DNA from: Octopus sinensis
Taxonomy: Eukaryota
Reading direction: 5' to 3'
DNA length: 64,000 nucleotides
Assembly (NCBI RefSeq): GCF_006345805.1
Contig: NC_042998.1
Location: forward strand, 47,430,001 to 47,494,000
Program-made: the position numbers and the translations under genes
Part shown: positions 1-12,239 of the stretch, piece by piece
How the letters are laid out: every line of letters begins with the position of its first letter
Position numbering within the stretch: the stretch's first letter is position 1
Notes under the pieces: generated by a model
The model's input: only the letters and a program-made list of their open reading frames with translations
Databases searched by the model: none
Told to the model about the DNA's origin: nothing

Positions 1-552
1 CGACAGCAATAGTAACAATAACATCACAATGTCACTTAACAATATTAAGTGACCGTACTGTCCACGTCAACATCCATTTTTTTTTTAACAAGTAGACTCG
101 ATCTAAAGTAAGCATCACTGAAGACATTTTGTATTTTTTCAATCCTCTTTTCTCCACCTCTTTCTTTCTTTCTCTCTATCTCTCTCCCTCTCTCTTTCTT
201 ACGAACTTTCTGGAAGGTTAAACAATAATCGCTAACGAAGATACAATCTTATTTTCTCCTTAGACAAGCAACAAATCTCTCAGACACCGCCCACTGCATC
301 CACCAATTCATCCATCCAGCAACGTCCATTTTAGTAGTGTTTTTTCACGCATAGCCAAACTTCAATTAAATACTGTTTTTGATTTTATTATTTCCTTTTT
401 ACTCTTTAAATCCCATCAATTTCTCTCGTATTCATTCCTATTCTTTTAGTATAAAAACATTTAAGTGTCCCTTTTAGAGCTAACCCATTCAAATACAAGT
501 TTTGGGGTATAGACAGCAGAAGAATAAAATGTGGGGTGAAAATTGATTTTTT

Positions 553-790
553 ATAGGTGTAGGTGTGGCTCTGTGGCTAGAAAATTGCCTCCTAGCCATA
601 TGGTACTGGGTTCAGTCTTAATGCGCAGCATATTCGACAAATATTTTCTACTATTGGTTGTGTGGTAAGAAGCTTGCTTTCCAACCACTTAGTTCCGGGA
701 TCGGTTTCTCTGCGTTGCACTTTTGGCAAGTGTCTTCTACTATAGCCTCGGGCCGATAAAAGCCTTGATAGACGGAAACTGAAAGTATGT
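553..790 (+). mobile_element. SINE family A (tRNA-derived), two tandem degenerate heads plus body
   Basis: Matches the reverse complement of the full copy at 60225-60670 (gtgtggtaagaagcttgc...ggcaagtgtcttctactatagcctcgggccga...gacggaaactgaaag). Confidence 0.8.
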
Positions 791-822
791 AGTATGAATA
801 TATATATATATACATACATACA

Positions 823-857
<35 letters not shown>

Positions 858-899
858 GTATATATATAAAACTTACTTGGAAGTGGATGCGTTACGTTC

Positions 900-1285
900 C
901 ATCATATAATAACAATACAATAAATAAAACATATGCATATATACATACATACATGTACGTACCTACATCTATATGTATATATACATGCATATATGGGTAC
1001 AGGACACCCAAAAAAACGTCGAACACAATGAGAAACGAAAACATAACACGGGGTAGACGAAACGGAGGCGGCTGAAGACGGGGAATTTTCCTTGTGTTGT
1101 ACTGCTTTTTCGTTGTTTAAAAAAATGTCCGCTTTCATGGTTCTGTTTTTATGTTTTCGTTTCTCATTGTCTTCGACGTTTTTCTTGTGTCCTGTACCCA
1201 TATATGCATGTATATATACATATAGATGTAGGTACGTACATATATGTGTGTATATATGAATATGTTTTATTTATTATTTTGTTAT

Positions 1286-1335
<50 letters not shown>

Positions 1336-1650
1336 ATAACAAAATAATAAATAAAACATATTCATATATACACACATATATGTACGTACCTACATCTATA
1401 TGTTATATACATGCATATATGGGTACAGGACACAAGAAAAACGTCGAAGACAATGAGAAACGAAAACATAAAAACAGAACCATGAAAGCGGACATTTTTT
1501 TAAACAACGAAAAAGCAGTACAACACAAGGAAAATTCCCCGTCTTCAGCCGCCTCCGTTTCGTCTACCCCGTGTTATGTTTTCGTTTCTCATTGTGTTCG
1601 ACGTTTTTTTGGGTGTCCTGTACCCATATATGCATGTATATATACATATA
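900..1650. repeat. Nested inverted repeats: an older fold-back unit (about 900-1290) plus a near-identical inverted duplication (about 970-1292 vs 1329-1650) centred on (AT)n
   Basis: Direct reverse-complement comparison. The ORF track also gives identical peptides on opposite strands (902..1201 - and 1380..1856 +). Confidence 0.9.
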
Positions 1651-1683
1651 TATATATATACATAGATATATATACATATATAT

Positions 1684-1745
<62 letters not shown>

Positions 1746-1778
1746 TATATACATAGATATATATACATATACATATAT

Positions 1779-2733
1779 AGTTGGCATTTACAAAAAAATA
1801 AACAAAACAAAGGACGTAGACGGGTGCGTAAACATCAAACAGAGGTATTAGTTTAACGCTCGGGAAGTGAGAGTCTTTTGCGTTTCGAGACTACGCTCTT
1901 CAACAGAAAGGAACACAGAAATAAACAGAGAGAGAAAAATTTAAAAATAGATTTAGTAGCTAGCGATCAGTCATGGCGAATGCCGGACAAAGGTGGTCAG
2001 ACAGGAGAACTAGGAAGAAGGGGAGATAATAAAGTATTGGTAATCCCAAAACGAAGGTGTGCGTGCTTGTATATGTGCATGTGCGTATTGATAGGGACTG
2101 GTGACCTTGACGTGTGCGCATGTGTAGGTGTGTGGATGATGGCGTGGGTGTTGGGAAGTGGTCAGTGCTAGTGAGTGCGGGGTAGTGTGATGTGGTGTTG
2201 TGTGGTATGGTGGTGTGCGGTGGTATGTGGTATAGTGTGGTGTGGTGGTGTTGTGGTGGGGGAGGCGAGAGTGGGAGAAGCAAGCGTATGGAAGGGTGGG
2301 GTATGTCGGAGTGGAATGTGTGAGATGGGATGGGGGTGGGATTAATAGGGGTGGTAGGGTTGGAATGTGTAGTGGTGGGGTAACGATGGAGGGGTGACGA
2401 ATAAGGGAGATGGTGGAAGGGAGTGACGATGAAGGGAGAGGGTGGAAGGTGTGATGATGAAGGGAGAGTGTGGAAGGGAGAAGGTGGGTAGGAGTGAAAA
2501 GAGGAAGTAGATGTCAGAGCAAGAGAAGAGAGGAGAGGTGGTAGGAGTGAAAGGGGGGAAGTAGGTGTGAGAGTAAGAGAGGAGAGAGGACGTGGTTAGA
2601 AGAGAGGAGGAGTGTTGGGCCCATGTGGTACAAAGGGGCTCATGTCGAAGACGGGAGTTCGGATGGCCCCTATGTGAGGAAAATCCGAACACAGACAGGT
2701 GTTGTAAAGAATGACCGGTAGAGCGGAAATGTA
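1779..2733 (-). mobile_element. Penelope-like element 3' fragment (GIY-YIG C-terminal remnant plus pseudo-LTR)
   Basis: The minus strand near 2620-2733 reads HFRSTGHSLQHLSVFGFSSHRGHPNSRLRHE, typical of the PLE endonuclease C-terminus. A hammerhead-like motif lies downstream, and related copies occur at 8995-9575 and 33920-34115. Confidence 0.75.
1875..1910 (-). ncRNA. Minimal hammerhead-like motif, variant core (degenerate)
   Basis: Minus strand: cttt CTGTTGA a gagc gtag tctc GAAA cg CA aaag. Stem I cttt/aaag; U16.1 is mutated to C. Confidence 0.5.
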
Positions 2734-3573
2734 CCTTATTATCTATTTCTAAAAGTAAATAAGATGGAGCACTTTGTCAGGCAGCAACGGTACCCACTCC
2801 GAGAATAGTGAAGATCCCCCAAACAAATTTTGCTGCTACTATTCTTAATATCTTCCATACACGCGCGCTCGCACACACACGCGCACACAATCATTATACA
2901 TCCTTTCCACATTCGCCCCATGCAGTGTCTTTGGACTCTCAACCTCTTTCAAGTACCTTATTTTTTTACATGGATGCAATTATTGTACTGTTGCAGCGTA
3001 AAATTTCTTCGAATTCTGCTGTCCGCTTGACAATATGCAGCGACTTTCATTGAAATTAACTATCCAGTGAGTGAGAACAAACGAACAAACGTTTACAAAA
3101 TTCAGAATTTTTTTTCCCTCTTAATGACATCATCCATCCATCCATCCATTCATCCATCAAGCCAGCCAGCCAGCCAGCCAGCCAGTCTGCTAGCCAGCCA
3201 GACAGTCACCAAATATTACTAAGTGGTCGAATTAATGCTATCCGTATGAAATGATGCTGCATTACTCATTTTCATGCCTACTTCACGTAATTATCATTCA
3301 CGGATGGCAATCACTGTTATTCCTATGCATTCTGGAGGCTGTGTATTACAGACGATTCTAGCGAAGTACCTGGAGTTTTTCAAAAAATTAATTACATTCT
3401 ATTTCTTTCGGTCTGGATTGTACGTTGCATTGCGGTCGCTCCAACACAACTTTGTTCTGAGTGTGTATACAGAAATAATATAAATCATGTTTTAATAAGC
3501 TTAATTTAAGACTTGCTTTTAATTTAAAAGCTGGAGATGAATCACGTGAACCTCAAGAGCTGACACTAAGGGT

Positions 3574-3614
3574 AATCCGACTACTTTCGTCTTTCTTAAG
3601 ATTCATCATAGATT
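3574..3614 (-). ncRNA. Minimal type I hammerhead-like motif (degenerate, C3>A)
   Basis: Minus strand: aatct ATGATGA a tctt aaga aaga c GAAA gtag TC ggatt. Stem I aatct/ggatt, stem II tctt/aaga. Confidence 0.55.
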
Positions 3615-3788
3615 GCTTACGTCTGAACTTCCTAAGTGAAGAAGAATAGATATATGTATATAGAGAAAAAAATAATAAAAATAACAAGCTTTTAGCGGTG
3701 TAAAGAAATTTACATAATAAAGCGAAAAAATGGTGGGATAATAATGGGATAATAATTTTGTATATATATATATATACACACATATATA

Positions 3789-4360
3789 AAGGCGAGCTAA
3801 CAGAAACGTTAGCACGCCGGGCGAAATGCTTAGCAGTATTTCGTCTGTCTTTACGTTCTGAGTTCAAATTCCGCCGAGTTCAACTTTGCCTTTCATCCTT
3901 TCGGGGTTGATAAATTAAGTACCAGTTACACACTGGGGTCGATGTAATCGACTTAATCCCTTTAAGAAAGGCGGCGAGCTGGCAGAACCGTTAGCGTGTC
4001 GGGCGAAATGCTCAGCGGTATTTCGTATGTCGCTACGTTCTGAGTTCAAATTCCGCTGAGGTCGACTTTGCTTTTCATCCTTTCGGGGTCGATTAAATAA
4101 GTACCAGTTACGCACTGGGGTCGATGTAATCGACTTAATACCTATGTCTGTCCTTGTTTTTCCCCTTTATGTTTAGCCCCTTGTGGGTAATAAAGAAATA
4201 AGTATTTCGTCTGTCTTTACGTTCTGAGTTCAAATTCCGCCGAGGTCAACTTTACCTTTCATCCTTTCGGGGTCGATAAATTAAGTTGCGTACTGGGGGC
4301 AATCTAATCGACTGGCCCTCTCACTCCAAACTTTCGGGCTTTGTGCGATATGGCGAGAGA
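3789..4360 (+). mobile_element. SINE family B, one monomer followed by a dimeric copy
   Basis: ggcggcgagctggcagaa...gagttcaaattcc (B-box-like)...gcctttcatcctttcggggtcgataaattaagtaccag, repeated more than 15 times in the window. Confidence 0.9.
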
Positions 4361-4378
4361 TTACTATATATATATATA

Positions 4379-4417
<39 letters not shown>

Positions 4418-4596
4418 TTACACACACACGCACACACTCACATACACATACTCACTCACATAAAGTGGAAATTACGATAAACACAAGTTTATTTCATTAG
4501 TTTCTACGTTCATTTTAGCGTTGTAGTTGTTGGGAACTCTACTTTGGATGCTCCGATGATAATCTACATGAAGCTCTACATGGATGATAATCTACA

Positions 4597-4828
4597 AGGC
4601 GGCGAGCTAGCAGAAACTTTAACACCCCGGGCGAAATGCTTTGCGGTATTTCGTCCGCCGCTACGTTCTGAGTTCAAATTCCGCCGAGGTCGACTTTGCC
4701 TTTCATCCTTTTGGGGTCGATAAATTAAGTAGCAGTTACACACTGGGTCGATGTAATCGACTTAATCCGTTTGTCTGTCCTCGTTTGTCCCCTCTGTGTT
4801 TAAACCCCTTGTAAGCAGTAAAGAAATA
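4597..4828 (+). mobile_element. SINE family B monomer with 11-bp TSD
   Basis: Flanked by gataatctaca at 4586-4596 and 4829-4839. Confidence 0.9.
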
Positions 4829-5574
4829 GATAATCTACATGGAGCTCTAGATCTAACTGTTGCACTTGGATATCTATTTGCATACATATAATACACTATG
4901 TGTACGAGCGTGCGCCTGTGTATAAATACTGAAATTATACGTGACCTTCTTCAAATTTCTTGATCGAATAGAATACTAATTGGATGGGTATGTATAGAGT
5001 ATCTTGTACGATCTGGCAATCGTTCTGGCTCAAATGGCGCAGCTATCCCGTAAATACGTAAAGACGAGAAAATTTAAAGAAAATTTACAAGTAAAGGGAG
5101 ACAAAAAGCTTCTTTTTAATCCGTTAAATTAATAGTATTTTTAATGTTGCAAGTTTACGCTTAAGAAAACAATGCCTACTTCACACACACACATATATAT
5201 GATTATTTGTGTATGAGTATTTCATTGTGCGTTTGTCGAAGGAGAATCAATAACACTTGTGACAGCCTCTTAAGAACAGATTAACTTTGATTTTTATCTA
5301 CACGATATCAGCCACATTAGTATTTTACCAAACAGTTGGGTCAATAAAATCAGCCAAAATCCTTGGATATAGTACTGAACTTTGTTCGTTGTCTACGTGT
5401 ATTTATTTGTACCTTATAAACGTTTTACTTTTATGATAGTTGGCAATATTTTTAATACAGTTAAAGTTAGTTTATTTTCTTACACGGATATGTGATTCTT
5501 TTTTGAATTTTACATACAGTTTTTATTGAAACGGATTAAGAGTCCATTGAAATAAAATCGAAAGTCATAAAAGA

Positions 5575-5620
<46 letters not shown>

Positions 5621-5678
5621 GCGCGCGCACAAACAGAAATGCACACACATATTTGTAATAAATCATAACTGAAGTTTC

Positions 5679-5885
5679 TATCGCGGGTGTTACGTTCCCA
5701 AACCCACTGTGATAGGTGAAAATCCGCGAAGTAGAAACAGTACTGTGCTGTATATTTCTTTTATCATTTTTATAATTTGTATATATTTATTTTATTATAA
5801 AGGCAAAACAACACCACGGAGGAATCGACGTAAGCTTAAATGATAAACCGCGATAGGTGAACCGTGATATGGCGAGTGGTTACTG
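5679..5885. mobile_element. Tigger/pogo-like MITE, one terminus eroded
   Basis: tatcgcgggtgttacgttcc...ccgcgaagtag...cgcgataggtgaaccgtgatatggcgagtggttactg followed by TA. Repeated gataggtgaa subterminal motifs. Confidence 0.6.
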
Positions 5886-6220
5886 TATATATAACATATA
5901 TACAGTATATATAACATATATTTTATGTTAAACTATCGTATATACAAATCTGCGTTTTTGCCAATACTTCTATTTGCTTGCAATAACCGGGTCTTTTGGC
6001 CTAACTATCATATCTCTAGCTTCTTCAGATGCCAAGATACCAAAACTTGTTAAAATGTAGTACATATGCAATGGTAAAACTACTTTTTCGTTTTCTGAAA
6101 AAGCAACGTTTTGGACTTACAACACTTTTGCATAATTTTAACGATATATATATATGTGTGTATGTGTGTGTGTGTGTGTATAGGACTGTACACTAATTTT
6201 ATATATATATATATATATTT

Positions 6221-6452
6221 ATTTCTTTATTGCCCACAAGGGGCTAAACATAGAGGAGACAAACGAGGACAGACAAAGGGGTTAAGTCGATTACATCGAC
6301 CCCAGTGCGTAACTGGTATTTAATTCATCGACCCCGAAAGGATGAAAGGTAAAGCCGACCTCGGCGGAATTTGAAGTCAGAACGCAACGGCAGACGAAAT
6401 GCCGCTAAGCATTTCGCCCGGTGTGCTAACATTTCTGCCAGCTCGCCGCCTT
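6221..6452 (-). mobile_element. SINE family B monomer
   Basis: Reverse complement of 4597-4828. Confidence 0.9.
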
Positions 6453-6625
6453 CGTATTATATATAAATATATATCAATAATAAAAAAGGGTAAAATTAAT
6501 TAATTCATAATTGATAACTTTACCACGTAGTTTCGGCATGTTAAAAGGGCTCTTATCGCCAAACTTAAACAATAGTTTTTATAATTATGAGTAAAATTAT
6601 AATTAGGGTGCGTGTGTGTGTGTGT

Positions 6626-6692
<67 letters not shown>

Positions 6693-7438
6693 CATAGGCG
6701 TAATTTTGTATATTTTAGAGTCCGTATGTATCTCAAGCTCGCACATATGCATGCACAGTAAATCGTTTCGTGAGATTGATAAGTGAGGACGATATATAAT
6801 GAATTACATTATAACGTAATCCTTGAATTATCTAGTCTCTTTATTTTTTCTGCATCGAACGTATCTACTTTAGTCTTAGAGAAGCTTAAGAAACCTTGAA
6901 ATATGAAAGAAAGAGAGAGCGACAGACAGATAGACAGAGACAGAGAGAGAACAGAGATATAAATTTTGAACATTTACGAGGTCAGAATAAATAGTAAAAT
7001 AAATTTAAGACTGTAAAAGATGTACAAGAAAGTAGCAAAATGAGAAAGTAATTTCATTTATTTTTGTTGCTTTGTGCAAACTGGATTTTTATTTCTTTCA
7101 AATCATAATTGTTTTTACAATATAGTTACGAGAGCGGAAGCGATAAGGGAGTGAATCTACTTTTGCAGGAAATAGGAGAGGAGGTGTGTGTTCTGAGTAA
7201 AAATGTTAAAAACTATTGGTAAAAGTATCATTTATATTAAAATTTTTTAAAGATTCTACTGTTATTTTTAAAGATTCTACTGTTATTTTCAGTTGACTAA
7301 AAATGCTTTGAGCTTGGGTTACATATACACATGCGTGCGTGTATGTGTGTGTGTAAGCAAGTGTGTGTGTGCGTGTGTATGTGTGTGTGTACATGTTTAT
7401 TCATGAGTTTGTATTCTTGTTATATACGTATTTGTTAA

Positions 7439-7841
7439 GGCGGCGAGGTGGCAGAAACGTTAGCACGCCGGGCGAAATGCGTATCCGTATTTCGCCTGCC
7501 GTTACGTTCTGATTTCAAATTCCGCCGAGGTTAACTTGACTTTCATCCTTTCGGGATCGATAAATTAAGTACCAGTTACGCACTGGGGTCGATGTAATCG
7601 ACTTAATCTGGATGTCTGTCCTTGTTTGTCCCCTCTGTGTTTAGCCCCTTGTGGGTAGTAAAGAAATAGGTATTTCGTCTGCCGTTACGTTCTGAGTTCA
7701 AATTCTGCCGATGTCGACTTTGCGTTTCATCCTTTCGGGGTCGATAAATTAAGTAGCAGTTGCGTACTGGGGTCGACATAATCGATTACCCCCTCTCCCC
7801 GCCAAAATTTCGAGTCTTGGCGTAGAGTAGAAAAAGGATAC
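7439..7841 (+). mobile_element. SINE family B dimer with TSD of at least 13 bp
   Basis: acgtatttgttaa at 7426-7438 and 7842-7854 brackets the whole dimer. Confidence 0.9.
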
Positions 7842-8146
7842 ACGTATTTGTTAAAATTACTATACTAACTTTCTACACATTTAAAGATTCTACTGTCGTC
7901 GTGCACAAGTGATGTATTGACAGTTACTAAACGGCTTGATATATTCTATCGTTTATTTTATTACTTGTTTTAGTCATTCGACAGCGACCGAGTTTGGGTA
8001 CCAATTTGGATGCTTTAGTCAAGCAAATTGACCCCACTATTTATGTATCCTTTAAAGTCTGGCACTTACACTGTCGGTACTTTTGCCGAAGAGACAGCAC
8101 AGGTTTTCAAGCTACGGGAAGTGACACACACACACACACACACACA

Positions 8147-8209
<63 letters not shown>

Positions 8210-8665
8210 GAACACACACTCACACAGACACACATATATGCCAGGCTTCCACACAGCCCTCGTCTACCTAATTCACACTCACTAAGTAGAAGACAGTTAC
8301 CCAAGGTGCCACACTCTAGGACTGAACTGGAAGCTATCCTTAATCATTATTTATGATATTTAAACGAAATGTCACATTCTCCCTCTGACATGTATTTCCC
8401 TAAAAAAAGTTGGACATATATCCTTTATTTCTTATTAATATTTCCATTGATCATGAAAACCTGTTTTTCTTGAACATATGATAAAAGAAGAATTATATAT
8501 CCTTCCTATGATAGTATGAGCTCACGAAGGTGCCTTAATGCGGTTATTCTCCTAGTTAGGAATACTACACTCTACAGTGCCAGATACGCTGCACCTTTTA
8601 AAAGAAAACAATGGGATGGGCTCGATGGCGAACTCTTTGATTACCTTTATGTTCGATCAAACCTG

Positions 8666-8712
<47 letters not shown>

Positions 8713-8821
8713 CTAGTTTCAGCTCACGAGCTGTGGCCATGCTGGGGCACCACCATTAGAAAAAGGAGATAACAAATCCAAGGCTGTGAGGAGTTTTCAT
8801 AAGGAAAGAGATATAGATATA

Positions 8822-8869
8822 GTCTTAAAACTGTTTCTGGAATATTATGGATATCCCTTCATCAGAGAC
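8822..8869 (-). ncRNA. Minimal type I hammerhead ribozyme motif in a PLE-like fragment (about 8760-8930)
   Basis: Minus strand: gtct CTGATGA a gggatat ccata atattcc a GAAA cagttt TA agac. Canonical core, 4-bp stem I, 7-bp stem II; stem III is eroded. Confidence 0.75.
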
Positions 8870-8923
8870 GATGTGAGATGGTTAAATAACGGTAAATATT
8901 TGTGTTCGAATAAATACCAAAAC

Positions 8924-8994
<71 letters not shown>

Positions 8995-9575
8995 AGGGAG
9001 AATTCACTAAAAAAAAGACAGGTGGTGTAGACATCAAACAGATGTATTAGTTTAACGCTCGGGAAGTGAAAAACTCTTTAACGTTTCGAACCTACGCCCT
9101 TCCACAGAAAGAAACAAGGAGAGGAAATAAAGAATGTGTAGTGGCTAGCGATCTCTCATGGTGAATGCCAGACTGAGGGGTCACACTGGAGAGTTAAGAA
9201 GAACGGGAAATAATAAAGTAGTGATCCCAAAACGAAGGTGCGCGTGCGAGTGGAAGAAGGCTGGTGATCATGATGTGCGCGTGTGTGCATGTGTAGGTGT
9301 ATGGATGATGGTGTGGGGCTGGGAAGTGGTCAGTGCTAGTGTGTGGGTGGTGGTGTGATGTGATGTGGTTATGCGTGGTATGGTGGTGTAAGGTATGGGT
9401 TGGTGCTGTTGAGATATGGGGGAGATGTGAGTGGGATGTGGGTTAGGCTGAGGGTGGGAGTAGAGGTGGGGTATGTGGGAGTGGGTGTAAGGGATGGGTG
9501 GGGTGGAATGGCATGGATAGGGAAAGTGGGTTGGACTGTGTGGGGGTAGGGTTATGAGGGCGGGGTGACGAACAA
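8995..9575 (-). mobile_element. Penelope-like pseudo-LTR fragment, same family as 1779-2733; includes a hammerhead-like motif at 9076-9111
   Basis: Shared blocks gtattagtttaacgctcgggaagtga and atcccaaaacgaaggtg. Motif on minus strand: cttt CTGTGGA a gggc gtag gttc GAAA cg TT aaag. Confidence 0.75.
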
Positions 9576-9932
9576 GTACTTAACTGCTATTATATTTTGT
9601 CAAACCACTAAAGGGATGACAGGTAAAATTGAACTCGGTACGGGTTACTAAGATTGTAAAGGTCCAGAAGAAATACCACAAGGCATTTTTGTTTGGCACT
9701 CTAACAATTCTACCTCAAGTTTCAACAACCTTTGTCATCCTGCCCTTTAGATATGGAGAAAATGTCATTCAAAATGTAAATTTGGCGGTTTGTTATTTTA
9801 CTATTTCTAAAACACTGAGATAGACATACTATAAGACCCCCATTTCAATAAAACAAAACCACGAATAAAATAGCCCATATAAATTCCAGTTTATAATAAG
9901 CGTTCTTTTGTCACAATATTTCATTAATAATA

Positions 9933-9978
<46 letters not shown>

Positions 9979-10014
9979 GATGATGATGAAAATAACAACA
10001 ATAGTAACAACAAC

Positions 10015-10160
10015 AATATGTGCGAGAAGCTTGCTTCCCAAATACATGGTTGAGTTCCATTGTGTGGCACCTTAAGCAAGTGTCTTCTACTATAGCCTCG
10101 AGCCGACCAATGCCTTACAAACAGATTTGGCTGACGAAAACTGAAAGAAGCACGTCGTAC
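10015..10160 (+). mobile_element. SINE family A partial copy
   Basis: gaagcttgcttccca...caagtgtcttctactatagcctcgagccgacc...ctgaaagaagcacgtcg. Confidence 0.8.
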
Positions 10161-10184
10161 ACATACATATTACATATATATATA

Positions 10185-10221
<37 letters not shown>

Positions 10222-10230
10222 ACACATACA

Positions 10231-10458
10231 CAGGGTGGTGCAAAAGTATGTATACAGTTATGAAAGAAAGAAAACACGTTCAATACTCATTTTTATCGAA
10301 AAAAATTAAAAGTTACGATTAAAGTATCATTATAGCTATAATAAATATATTATGATTAATAACACTGACAATTTAAAAAAATGAGGCTAATTTAATGTGC
10401 TAATAACTTTAAAGAATGAAATATTATAACATTGTACACCTACTTTTGCACCTCAGTG
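10231..10458. mobile_element. Tc1/mariner-type MITE; partial inverted copy at 11438-11588
   Basis: Imperfect TIRs cagggtggtgcaaaagtatgtatac / gtacacctacttttgcacctcagtg, followed by TA. Confidence 0.65.
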
Positions 10459-10500
10459 TATATATATATATCAGAAGAAAAACAGGACGCAAAGGATTTT

Positions 10501-10587
10501 GCGGTACATATGTTTCGGGCTTTATTGAACAACTAATATCAATGCATAATTGATATAACAGGTAGATCAAACGCCTTCTTCAGCCGC
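10501..10587 (-). ncRNA. Type I hammerhead ribozyme motif, intact core, long stem II
   Basis: Minus strand: gcgg CTGAAGA a ggc...atatcaat tatgc attgatat...gcc c GAAA catatg TA ccgc. Perfect stem I, palindromic stem III (acatatgt), GUA cleavage triplet. Confidence 0.85.
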
Positions 10588-11370
10588 GTACAATTACCAC
10601 ACCAAAGACATGTATCACATTATAGCAGGTTTGAGAAAAAGTTTGGGAAAAAGCCGAGTTACATTGGGAAAGTAAATCCTCATAGGCGTATATGGCATTG
10701 CGAGACTCCAAAACAAATCGTCCATACCGTTTTTTCACTCGCTGGCATATAAAGGTGCTTACATTTATCAAGTATTCACCCTGAATTTATTGTATATATA
10801 TATATATATACAGGTACAAAAACACTGATATATACATATACACACATACATCTATAAAAAAGAATTAACGAACAATCACATGATCAACCACGTGACTGAG
10901 TTGACAACTTTGCTTCGGCAATCGAAAGAATGCCATAAAATAACTTCCTTTGGCACACACATGCACACACATAAACACACACCTTTGTACACATTATGCT
11001 ATTTTTTGCTGTGTGCATGCGCAAATTTACAGCTCAAACCTAATTGAAATGACCATTTCTATCGTGTAATTTGTGTTTGTGATGAGCGTTTTTAAAATCT
11101 TGATCTTCGATATAGACTTCAGAGTAAGTTTCCGCTGTAATCCCGTCCTTTACTTCTTTTTAGCATATTTTTAGCACATTTGTACCCCACCCTTATTTTT
11201 TCCTAAATTTCTTCCGATTCCTACGTTTGCAGTACAGGAGATTAGGATTTCACCCACAAAACACGTCCTCATTATTTTAATTTTCTCCCTCACCACACCA
11301 AATTCATTTTTTACTTTTCTCAAATATTATAGATATATGTGTGTATATGTATATATCAGTGTTTTTGTAC

Positions 11371-11440
<70 letters not shown>

Positions 11441-12239
11441 TGAGGTGCAAAAGTAGGTCTACATTGTTATAATACTTAATTCTTTAAAGTTATTAGCACA
11501 TTAAATTAGGCTCATTTTTTATATTGTCAGTGTTATTAATCATAATATATTTATCATAGCTATAATGATACTTTAATCGTAACTTTTTCTTGGTAATCTA
11601 TGGAGTAAAATCAGAGAATACGAATATTTAAGAATTTTTCCCATCACCTCACCACTTTCAAAAAGCTACAAACTCCCAATGTTACACTTTTAGCTTTTTG
11701 GAAAGCGGGAAAGTGTCTTCAGAAATAATGTCGTTTGCCTTTCGTTTTCAGCATGTTGAGTTCTCTGGTGGTGGTCTGGTACTTTTTACGTCTGCTATTT
11801 CAGTAGAATTCTGGGCATGCGTGAAACATCAGACAAAAGTGAAAGATTGGAAGATTTTAGCTTTTTGATGGGTGGGAGATGTGGGTGAAGGAGCATTGAG
11901 TGTTTCTTTAAGAAAAATTAGACTATAAAAAAATATACTCATTTCCCACATTCGTATTTTTCTATGAGGCTAGCAAAAAAAAAAGAAAAAAAAAGAATTC
12001 GAATACAAGTTACAAACTAAGCAATTTCGGTGAGGATGGGGGGTGGGGGTAGAATAAAAATTTTGAAAACGTGATTTCTGGACAAAATCGTATTAACCCC
12101 CTTTTATATGATGAAACATTACATTGTTTCTGATCTTTCTTAGGAAAACTAAGAAGGTGAAGATATTGCCAATTATTATTGCGTCTTTGAGATCACTGTC
12201 AGAATGCATCAAGGGGAATATAAAGGAAATTGGAATAGA

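Noticed and set aside
1050-1095. GAAAC...CTGAAGA as a permuted hammerhead
   Set aside because: No UH cleavage site or consistent stems between the motifs in this copy.
6515-6568. Hammerhead-like 3' half on the minus strand (GAAA ctacgtgg TA)
   Set aside because: No recognisable CUGANGA core or stem I; too degenerate to call.
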